NCBI GenBank assembly: GCA_003693705.1
Contig: RBZT01000746.1
Span: 1 to 32,889, forward strand
DNA from: Polymyxa betae A26-41
Taxonomy: Eukaryota > Protista > Endomyxa: Phytomyxea
Direction of reading: 5' to 3'
DNA length: 32,889 nucleotides
Part shown: piece after piece, positions 20,608 to 31,373 of the stretch
Numbering within the stretch: the stretch's first letter is position 1
Layout of the letters: every line of letters starts with the position of its first letter
Program-made: the position numbers and the translations under genes
The notes under the pieces: model-generated
Databases searched by the model: none
The model's input: the letters and a program-made list of their open reading frames with translations, nothing else
What the model was told of the DNA's origin: nothing

Positions 20608-23600
20608 TCATTTGGAGATCTTAGATAACAGCGGATTCCAATAAAAGCGCAAATACACAATGATGCCGATAGCAACTAGTAAAAGAGCGCTAAGACAACT
20701 TGTAATGACAATCAGAAGAACCTGGGAGGAATTGTCGCTGGTCGCTGTAACGCTCAAATCAGTTATATAGTCAGAAATCTGTAAACTCAATAGATTTGCA
20801 AAATCATGAATCAGCATTGTCGACAAACGAAGTTTAACAAGAATCAACAGAAAACGAAATCGACGAAACGAAAAAATGCCGCATCACAAAGTCACCTTGG
20901 TGAACACGGTCTGTTTTTTGTGGCTCTTGGATAGGTACGATGTTCTCCTTCAGTAGAATTTTGTCTTGAGTAACATGCGGAACCGAACTCATCTTTGGCT
21001 CTTGGAACTCGTTTCTGAGCTGCTCTGTTAACTCAGTCTCTAAATCCTCCCGAACTTGCTCTCTCAGATCATCTTTCATGTGGGCAGTGAAGTCCGCCTT
21101 CCATTCGTCAAGCAGCTCTGCTTTAACCTGTTCTTTGATCATATCCGGATAGTCGAGGTATTTCGAAGGAAAGCCACTTGGGAGAGGATTTGCGCGAACA
21201 GTATCGAATACGGGATCTTGCAGTAAACTGGCACAGTTCCAGGTCGACTCCGGCCATTTCTCGAGAGCAGCGCAGAGCAAGCCCAACTCTCCTGAGGCTG
21301 GCTCATACCACGGCATTCCGAAATGCAATTTTATCGTGTCGAACATCGTTGTAAATCGTTGAAAAACGCTGTCCAAGTCGTCGATACATGCGACCGGACG
21401 TTTCACCCGATCTGGACGTTCAGCGTATCCAAAATCCAGTGCAACCACACGATTATCGGACATATCGAACATAACTGCCAACGATATTAGAAATGAGCAT
21501 CTTGTAAAGAGAAGAAAACGTACAGTTATTGAGATGTTGAATATCTCCGTGATTCCAGCCGATCTGATGCAGATGGTGCACTACGGTCAGGATCTGATAG
21601 GTGATAGAGACCAGTTGCTGACCGGCCTCTGTCTCGTCCGCCGGAATGGTCAATTTCTGAACCGTCTGGCCCTGGACCAGCTCCATGACCATGTAGATAT
21701 CGTTGCCGTACTGGACCAGGTCGAGGAGCTGGACGAGACCCGGGATCTGTCCCGAATGACAGAACTGCGACATAAACTCGACCTCGCGCTGTGTATCAGG
21801 TTGGGAGGCCTCCATCACTTTGATAGCAACTTCATGAGTACCCGGACCTCGTAAACATCGACCTTTATACACAGATCCGAATGATCCGGAGCCTGCAACA
21901 GATAGTCAGCGAAAATCCGAGAAATTTTAAATTGAAGTATCGTGAGTAGTGTAAGCTGACCTATTTTTTCAAGTATTTCGTAATCATGAGATAGTTCAGA
22001 CCCCGTACGAAGATACATTCGTTTGGTCCTGATTAATGGCATGGGGCGATCATCGACTAGCTGAATGGACTTCGATGGAATTAACGTCTTGATGCGATCA
22101 TAGAAGATGGGGTTGTGTATGCTGAAGATTTTGTTCATGACGAAATGAAAATCCGGCCACATTGAGAATGAAACCAGCGCTGGTCGCAGAATTTCATCCG
22201 AGAAATCTGGCATTCTTTTGACAAAATTGGGGTTGTCAGGCCTTTCGACGATTGTTCGCAGAGTGAGACTCAGCAGAAAAGAAACAAACGGCTGAATATC
22301 AGATGCTTCACGGAACTGAGAGCAGAACAGAATGGCATCCTGCAGCAGCTTGATCTGAATCTGTGCTGCAGTCATCCCGTCCGTTATGACAGTTTGCTCC
22401 GGATTTAAGCTGAGTATGAAAATGTTCGGTCAGATGAATGAAATTGAGTGAAAGATATTCGGACCAGTTGAGAAGACCGTGTATCAGCACATAGCGACTT
22501 TCACCGTTAAAACGGGCAGCCAAATCGAAGGCAACGGTTTCATCATGTTTCATGTGAAATTCCAATAACACCATCAGAACTTTAAGCCTCCAGACGTCCT
22601 CATGGTGACCATTGAATACACTACATGCTCCAATTAAGCACCATACAGTTTAACAGTAACGAAAAACCAACAAGAAAAGAAAAATGGAAACTATCATTGA
22701 AAACATCATAATGAAACGGATTAACAGAAAAAGTCACATTTCCTGAATGAATTTGACGATAACCTGGTACGAAAAACAACAAGAAATGGAAAATGAAAAC
22801 TATTACTGAAAACATGACAATGAGACGGATTAACAGAAAAACTCACATTTCCTGAATGAATTTGACGATAACCTGGTACGATGCGATTTTGGAAGCGAAC
22901 AGGAGAGGGGCCTGTGTCAGGAACGGTGTTTGCAATTCTTCAACATTGTACAGTCCGACTAGTCGCCAGATGGCATTGAGATCGTCGGCATTCATGCGAT
23001 ATTTGAAATGGCCCTTGCTGAACAGAAATCAGTTCGATCATCTTTCAAATTAAAAAAAAACTGTTCTAACGAGAATGCAATAATAAGCATGCGGAAAAAT
23101 GTGGAAAAGATTGAAAAATGCTAAAAACTCTGATATCGAAAATGGGTTTTCAAAGCAGTTTTAGCAAAACTTTTAGCAAAACTTCAAAGCAAATCCAGAA
23201 GAAGTGGAAAGAAGTTCAGCTTACAAATCTTCCAGCAGCTCTTCAAGGTCGAGACCATCGAACATTTCTCGAATTTCTTCTTGGGCAGTATCTGGCTGCA
23301 TACGGCGGATCTTTGTTAGCATGACTTCTTGCTCCAGAAGTGTACGATCGGGCCGATCCCCGAATATGTTATCGAAACAGAGATCCGGATCACCGAGACG
23401 ATCTGTGATCTTCACGTTATGTTCGTGAAAGATTTGAGCCCAGATATGAGGAGATAATCGGTCTAAGGTTGCAACCGATAGAAGATCTAAAGCTTGCTCC
23501 GGAGTCTGTCGTGCTATCTCCACAGCTAAATCAATTTTAAGGTCGCCAAACTCCAAACTATATTCAGTCAGCAAATGCAGAATTTTCACAATGAAAGCCG

Positions 23601-24256
23601 TTTAAAAGTTCTCTAAGCAAAAAATAAAAAATACCTGGATTCAAGATATAATTCGAATGCAGTCCGTCCCTGTTCATCTGTAGCAGATAATGCCAGACCG
23701 GATAATGATTCAGCAACGCTTCGCAGAAAGATGGTTTTGGATTCAAATCGACAATGTGAGAGCGATAGCAGTCGCAGGAACAGAGAACCTTCATCTCGTA
23801 GTCTCTCTTTCATCCCCAGCCATACCAAGGTCGCCAAGAACACATACTCCGGCTGACGATCCGGTATGTTACTAAGAACAACGTTCATTATCAACGGAAG
23901 CAGCGTCGCTGGGAGGGGTCGTACCGGCCCTTCTCAAGCAGGTACGAAACGATGTCAAGTTGAAGTTCGTGTTGCATTGTTAGGGTTTTAAGCTGGTTAA
24001 TGCGGGCGTGTATGTCGGGGTCAATCCAGGTCGGTCCATTAGCAGCGAGTGGCTGCAGCCGTGTAGATACTCTAAGTGAAAGAGTGAGCCTGAAGGACAG
24101 CAGGACGTCGGGTACCCCGGCTCACATTTCAGATATCAATGCGATCGCGTCCGAACGCGCATCCAGTGCAGTGGGTTCGGGGTCGGTGGCGACCGGCAGC
24201 CCGGACTGGACCAGTACGACGAGGGCGATGGCGACGATGTGACGAGCTGACAGCAT
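20608..24256 (-). CDS. Paralog B: signal peptide, unknown N-domain, minimal kinase, stalk, C-terminal TM (10 exons, ~902 aa)
   Basis: Exons 24256-24126, 24071-23925, 23871-23635, 23557-23225, 23017-22847, 22620-22465, 22409-21961, 21892-21524, 21474-20896, 20744-20608; total 2709 nt in frame. Motifs MLSARHIVAIALVVLVQSG; IGSGSFG, VAIK, HGDIQHLNNFM, DFG; TM VLLIVITSCLSALLLVAIGIIVYL. Confidence 0.88.
22661..22879. repeat. Tandem duplication of ~110 bp spanning the exon 5 end and donor site of paralog B
   Basis: Units are 22661-22770 and 22771-22879. The core acggattaacagaaaaaStcacatttcctgaatgaatttgacgataacctggtacga is identical apart from one base. Confidence 0.9.
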
Positions 24257-26214
24257 CGGTTCGACGACGATGACGAAGAGGTGACCCTCTAATAATGGCA
24301 GGTCGACTGCGAGGTCACGCCTGGGTCAAAGGAATCACAGAGAAAAGAGAGGCCGCGCTCGCAATTCAGACTTGGTGGGATGCGCAACCTGCTTGCTCTG
24401 TAGAGATTCAGACAATGACTACTAAATGACACCCCCAAGCCCCTGATGCTCGAGCACGCCTTGCTGGTTAGGATTGACGCTGGCCACGGATTCTGGAAGT
24501 TGCAGGAGTGAGTTGTCTTAGAGATATTATTAAAGGAGATGTTAGAATAATGTGGTGAAATGAGGTCTGGTCAATCCCATGTGTTAGAGATCAGAAAGAG
24601 GTAGTTCCGGTTGATCCGAAGGGGACCGGCTGTTGATTGATCTTGAAATTAATCCATCATTTGCCCTGCCAATGGCCAGCTGTGGCTGTCCAATTCTATC
24701 AATACCATTACAATACCAACAGGTATCTTCATGGCTCGTTCCGCTGAATGGAGATTTAAAGCTAGATTCGCCTCCAGGTTTTCGTACCCTCGAAAGCCCC
24801 TCCCATAGTAAAAATAGTTTGTCGCTGACGGTTGGAAGAGGGTCGCAATTCTCATGAAATCAAGAAAAAATGACAATTTGTTCAAATACTTCCAGGTTAT
24901 AGAGTTTCTGTCATCAATAGATAAATCGTTAGTTGTTGACACCCTTCATTAACAAACTATAAGCCATATACTTTGTTGAATGCATCACGTCGTGTAGTGC
25001 AGGATTTGTTTGTTTGAACCTATTAGCTTGAATTGGAGACAACAAGAGCTGCCTGCATATGATTGCATTTGGAAAATGAATCGTCCCCAATCAGATACAA
25101 ACAATGAAGATGCTCGGAACGGAAACTTCAGCCAGTTATCACAGAGGTACTCTGGCATCTTGAAGACCAACAGAGAATATTCTCCAGTTAATCGAACTGT
25201 AAGTGGGGACGGGGTCGCGACTCATCCGTGCTCGAATCCGCTGGGATCTGCTTCTTTTCGAGTCGCCCTCGTGTTCTCTATTAGACTCAGCATGTTGGGT
25301 TGATAGATAAACATTCCCATAGTGCTCTGCTTATTCGGGTTTTCAGACATGGGAGCTTGGAAAGTTCCAGTGGAATCAGGTTCCGACTCAGTCGCAGTCT
25401 GTTCCGCCTCCGGAAGAGTGCAGCTGCTCCATAGGCTGCGCACAATATTCCGAAGGTGTGGGATCGTCATTTCCAACATGAACTATATATATTGTCAATA
25501 ATAGATCAAGTATAAATAGCTTGTTATTATAATAGTTGCCGATGTCTACATACCGTGGAAAGAGGTAGCTCCTCCAAACCCTAAAACCTTAACTGGAAAG
25601 GGTTTGGCTTTGCTGGCTGAACACGGTGAGACTGTAGAGATAGCGACTAAAAAGACAGCTTTTCGACGAATTCAACGTCAGCAGTGTTCGAAAATGACGG
25701 CCTTCGACCATCCTGCTGAGGCGATTCCGGCCATTTGTCAGAAGAGGCGCGGTACCGTTAGGGTTTATGCTGTGACCATGCTGCTTGTCGCTATGAACAC
25801 TGCAGCGTTGCTGATGCAGAAGCAGCCGGGAGCATGCGCTCAGCTACGTTTTGGATTCGTGTTACTGATCGCTCTCTCTGGTTGCCCAAGGTATGAGCTT
25901 GAAATGTGAAACAATCAGCAAAAACTGCTGGGTCTATCAAGGGCAGACATAATGATCTCCAAATCACGGTCATTACAGCGATTTGCAATGGACGGCTCAC
26001 GCTATCCAATCATTGAAAAAATCGAAGATTGCGAACCTTTACGAAGATATTTGCCCGGTATACATGCGGAGCTTCTCGGGTAGAGATTGTGCTCGTTTGT
26101 GCTATTTATGGACTGAGAAGTAATTTCTGTAGCTCTCTATCCGGCATCAAACAATATGTAGATGAGTTCTTCGGAAACTCGCAGTTTTCACGGACAGGCC
26201 CAAATTCAGCCATA

Positions 26215-26620
26215 GTCGCGGACACCAATTGGGCCAACGATCACGACAAGCGCAAACCTGTTGGAGGCTACACCTTCATTATTCATGTCGGATTAATCGA
26301 ATACAATTGCAAAAAGTTACCGAAACAACCGAATCGTGCGCCTTCTGTAAGTCACCACATCCGCCAAATCGGTGCGCAATATGCTTCATGAATTCGATGC
26401 CATCGCCTCAGATAATCTTCCTAGAAACCAGGGATGCATCAGTTACGGCAAGCGCAGCGTCAACCAAACATTCATGATGCACATTGACCTCAAATACAAC
26501 TTACTTCGAGAAGCAATAAACAGAGGCAGATTCAATCTTAATCGGGTTCCTACATCCGACAATTTAGCCGACATCTTGTTATGGCTCTAGTTAAACCACG
26601 CTTTCCGGAGCTGCGGCAGC
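26215..26620 (+). mobile_element. Ty1/copia LTR retrotransposon remnant (RNase H region)
   Basis: ADTNWANDHDKRKPVGGYTF...CKK resembles DADWA.D...RKS..GY.F...SKK. NQGCI...HIDLKYNLLRE...VPTSDNLADIL resembles DNQ.AI...KHIDIRYHF.RE...VPT.DN.ADIL. Frameshifted; no LTRs seen. Confidence 0.85.
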
Positions 26621-27643
26621 CACTGAATATCGAAACAGTTCACAGTCTCAACTGTAAACGATTTTGTGTTTAGTGTATATTGCGATTCCTGTTGTATAGT
26701 CCGTATTCGCGTCTCCGTAAATGGATCCACTCTTCCCCGATATATGTTGCTAATCCAATCGAGAACAGAATTCACATTCTGATCGTTCCCAGTCACACTG
26801 CTACCGAGTATGAACTGAGGGTCTGTGTTGGATCCGAGGTTTATGATATAAACATCATCTATTCCTGAAACGCTTCATGGAACTCCGCCACGGTGCCATA
26901 GGTCGAACTTATCAAGGCCGTCGATCTGCTCACCCAGGATTTTACAATCAGGACATCAACACTCTCCAAGTTCATATTCAATTTATGTGTCTCCAGTAGA
27001 TCCTCCGTAGACTTAACAGCAGATACCATCACAATCCATCGTTTTGACGAGGTTGTCGAAACCTCAATTCGATGTGAACGCAGATTGAATGAGAGCAAAA
27101 GCGAATTATTGATATACGCGTGGGCCAGTGCGGCCGGAAAGATGAGTATTGGTCACGTGTCCTTCAGGTAGAGTAGGTCCCGGTAGTTGTACTCCGAGAT
27201 GAGGTCCGGCCTCCTTTCCGCCCCGACACTTTTGTCTCCGTCACGGACTACTGTGGATCATTTGCTCCAGTGTTGTGTTGGTAAATCTTCTATATCTGTC
27301 TAATAGGGAACAATACAACACAGAACAAATTCGAGTTTTGTTTAAGAAAGATTGAAGCGGTCGGATGGATGGTCCCGCGTTATCTTTGACATTTCAGACA
27401 AGCAGTGTTAGAGAAGGGGTGTTAAAAAGACTCACGCAATTAAATATTTGCTGCTCAGATTGCGCCCCCGATTACATAAACTGCGATGGACTGTTCACGC
27501 AATTAATGAATTGACACACTGTGAACAGCCGGGGGCTTTCAAGTGGTGAAAAGCCCGTCACGGGCCTTTCACCAACCCTTCCCAAAAGCCTCACAATCCC
27601 CCGTTTGTATCCTCTTTATTGCCAATCGGGTGTGTGCATCGTC

Positions 27644-30600
27644 ATGGCTTCCGTCAGGCGCTTCTGCACTCTTCTCGCCATCGTCGTCATCGTCGTGCTG
27701 GCCGACCCGAACCAGGCCGCCGTACCAGACCCGCGTCCCAAAGCCGTGATACCGATCAAATTTCTATCGCAAATGTGATTTATGCTTTCGCTCGTCGTAC
27801 ACTGCCCTACCCTGAAACGTTTCATCAACAGGACCGCAATTCGACTCAAACCACGTCCCGGGTCGGAAGGTCCAACTTGGGCTGACGACGCTGTCGAAGC
27901 CCGATTTAACGCCCTCGTCACTTATGTCCGTAAGCGTGACCTTGCCACGGCGGTCGTCACTTATCTCCTCGACATGGGCCGGTACGTCCCGCCACTCGCG
28001 GGTGGCCGCACTACCCTTGATTGCTATAACGTTTATTATTGCGTTACAGGAAGGTCCTGGATCGTTACAAGGAGTACGTGTTCGTGGCCATTCATCTCTG
28101 GGCCCGTCTGCCAGAGCGGCTGCGTGACCAGGGCGGCCTCTTACTGCAGCTGCTGGCACAGACGCGCTGCTGCTTTGATGGCAAGCACGACCTGCTGCGC
28201 AGAATTGCCAGGTCCGTGTCGTCGGAGGCATTGTCTGCTACAGATGCAGAAGGTCGTACTCCGCTCCAGTACTACCTTAGTTTCAAGTACGTCTCACGTT
28301 ACGTTTTCTTTATTATAGCTGGGAGCGCCATTTCTTACGTTACGCATCTGCTGGTATTGGCTGATATTGACACACTGCTGATAGGTTTCATGATATCAAC
28401 TTGGACGTTGCAGCCGCATTTGCGCTGAAAACTCCGAAACCCGTACTGATCCGTATCCATACGGAGACACTCGATCGATTACCACCCCATATATGGTGTC
28501 GTGTCTTTTATCAACATAATACTGCATTAATTATTCAGATGGGAAATCGATCTGCGTTCAATCAGAACGTATTCGGTGCCAAGGCGGATCGAACTCGCTG
28601 GGAGACCGCGGTCGTGCTGGCCCGACTCGCTCGAATACCGACTCGATCTGTGAATGAGATCGCTCGTGCTCTTGATGGTGTTGAGTTAACCCAACTATTG
28701 ACCGATTGGTAATCTGATCGTATGTTTAAAGATTGTCAAACCTATAGAACGTTGCCATTTTTCGCAATTTTTCATTATTTGATGCATGATGTTGAGTTTT
28801 GTTGAATGTTACTGAAGATGTTGGAAATGTTTTTGTATAGCAAATCTAATGGAAGATTAATGCCTCTCTATGTATACAGTGCTGGACATTTCAATTACTT
28901 TGTTCATGATCATGATCTTCACGCACTATGGAATTTATCTGGTCTATATAATCAAACGGAACTCCGTGATCTCTTCTGTCAACAAGTCCCATATATGTTT
29001 GCATCAATGCGTTCCTCATTTGCTGCTATCGTCCACTTTATTAACGCCACGTATGTCCGATTATGTTTCCGAACATGCAAACCCACCCTGATTTGGTAAC
29101 ATCAGCATTATGTCCGGAAACTGTAACGATGAGTGGAGATTACGTATCCTACGTCGTCTGACAGTGTTCCATTTGAATCACGACCTTATGGTTGGGTACT
29201 TATTAGCACAACATTACAGAAATAATGCGCGATATCTGCTCATTGAATATATCACTTTAAAGTCAGCTCATTAATGGTTCCAACAACTTCATCGATTGTT
29301 TGACTTTGGATTTAGCATATCAAAACAATTCAAACTGAACGTTTGTTCCTCCGAACAACGTAATTTGGATCATTGTCAATATTCAATTATCCGGACTGCA
29401 TTACGCGTCTGTTCCTCAGTTCGAGAACAGCCAGCGGTTCGGCTTTGGAGTTCACTCCTACTGAATCTAACACTGCGCGCAATTCTATCACATCAGAACT
29501 CCGAATTTATTATTAGTTGTAGGTTTCCTGTCCTACATGCTGAACAATTACGTAAAGCGTTCCTTATGGTATCCATGATGCCCAACTTCCATTCAATCAT
29601 GAACCGTACGATCGGCCAGAATAAGCGGCCTCTTCTATATCAAATTCGGAATCTATTACCGGAGAAAACCATCCAAATGGCCGACCATCACAAGGAATGC
29701 TCTTTGGGAAAGCGCCGCCTGCCACTCCGAATCGGGTCCCATCCATCTCAAGATTATCGTTTCATAGAACCATTAGGTCCGAGCACGCTGCCTTCAAATG
29801 TTGTTTTGACGAGTTCACTTCCCGTTCCTATATTTTCAAAATCCTCTGCTCAATGCCGTTTCTGATATTTCTATCAGGTGATGGGTCGTTTGGGACAGTA
29901 TACCGTGCGGTGGCTTTAAAGCTTCCGGGCAATCCGGAAGTAGCCGTTAAAGTGATGCCGTCGAAGGACCCGAACACGAACCGTGAGGTCGCGTTCATGT
30001 CACGATACTCTCATTCGGGACAGATTCCGGGTCTAGTCCAGGTCCTGGACCTGGTCCAGTACGGCCCGGATACATATGCGATCATGGAGTTGATCAAGGG
30101 CCAGACCCTACAAGGCAGGGACATACCGACAGATGCCACCGAGGCCGCCCAACAACTGATTCACGGCCTGTACGGGGCTCTGACCGTACTGCACCAGCTG
30201 CATCAGATCGGATGGAATCACGGAGATATTCAACATCTCAACAATTGTACGTTGCAGCCTTCTGGGCGATTTTCGCTGTTTTTTATCTTCGTTTACGCAG
30301 TTTTTGTTCTAGTTTCGTTGCGCTTTTTTTACGCACTTTTTCTTACCATTTGTTTCAACAATGTTTATGCTATCTGTCCCGTTTTGCAATCCGAAGGCTA
30401 ACCTCTGATGGTAGTTATGATCAAAACCGCCGATCAGAGCGTGGTCGTACTGGATTTCGGATTCACACATAGGCTGAACCTGGCCGACTATCCGGTTGCC
30501 TGCAACAATGATCTGGACCAAATCTATGAGAAATTCGTGCTTGAACTGGATACCGTGAAGGAGCGGGTCGGTACGGCCTGGTATGAGACTTCGCCGGGTC

Positions 30601-31373
30601 TATTGGGCCAGTTCGAGACCGCTCTCCGCAGCTGGCCGTCTAAGACCTGGAACTGTGTTAATCTTCTGCGGGATCCCATATTCGATCATGTTCGGGGTCC
30701 TGCTACAAGCTCGCAAACGAAGTCCGACGCTGCGACTCCGCCCAACAGAAGTGTAAAAGGACCCGATTTCCTAAAGGGACAAAATCAAGAGAATGGGTCT
30801 TTGAATAATGTGACAAATGCGATTCGGAGTGGACATTCCAATTCAAGTCCCGAAAGTCCGGAAGTCGATACATTAACGATCGATAACGGATATATGAATG
30901 AATATGAAGAACGTAATAATGATCATGATATGAATGTCGCCGGATATAATGACAATCACATTCCAGGTGAGCATATTCATAATATCATTGATCAAGGTCA
31001 ATCCCAACCAATTCCTGACTGTATGTTGCCAAACGATTTTGTCTTTGCTGTTACCTATCGATATTTTACTTATTTATGTTTCCCATCGGTATTGTATGCT
31101 TATGTTTCCTATATGCTGTGCTACTGCTTATTTTCGAACATTTCCAATAAGCTGTTCTTCTTTTTCTGTATATTTATCATTGATCTAATTGAAATAATAG
31201 CTAATGGGCAGCATTCCTCGAAATATGTGATCATATCGCTCTCTATTATTGCTGTTCTATCTATACTATCTATACTATCTATTTTCTATTATTGTCGTCA
31301 TCGATACTCACAAAGCCGTCATCATACAAAAGCTGAATCCCCAACGATGAGCTCTCCTGTGGATATCGCCTAA
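27644..31373 (+). CDS. Paralog C: signal peptide, unknown N-domain, minimal kinase, Asn/Asp-rich stalk, C-terminal TM (10 exons, ~907 aa)
   Basis: Exons 27644-27774, 27832-27981, 28050-28286, 28385-28708, 28880-29050, 29106-29261, 29316-29776, 29878-30246, 30415-30966, 31201-31373; total 2724 nt in frame (the last donor could lie slightly later). Motifs MASVRRFCTLLAIVVIVVLA/DP; LGDGSFG, VAVK, HGDIQHLNNFM, DFG; TM YVIISLSIIAVLSILSILSIFYY followed by RHR. Confidence 0.88.

Noticed and set aside
16317-21854. Two similar 106-aa plus-strand ORFs (16317-16637, 21534-21854)
   Set aside because: Antisense shadows of the near-identical GC-rich kinase exons; no independent support.
24600-25950. Several short ORFs between B and the copia remnant
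   Set aside because: No motifs or consistent exon chain; probably decayed sequence.
27770-27781. Apparent early stop (SQM*/SEM*) after the signal peptide in all three paralogs, suggesting small secreted peptides or readthrough
   Set aside because: The stop overlaps the intron-1 donor (AT/GTGA or AT/GTAA), and splicing restores the frame.
30247-31200. Hydrophobic TM-like stretches in ORFs 29697-30401 and 30408-31373, suggesting a multi-pass protein
   Set aside because: They fall in T-rich introns (30247-30414, 30967-31200) at positions shared with A and B.
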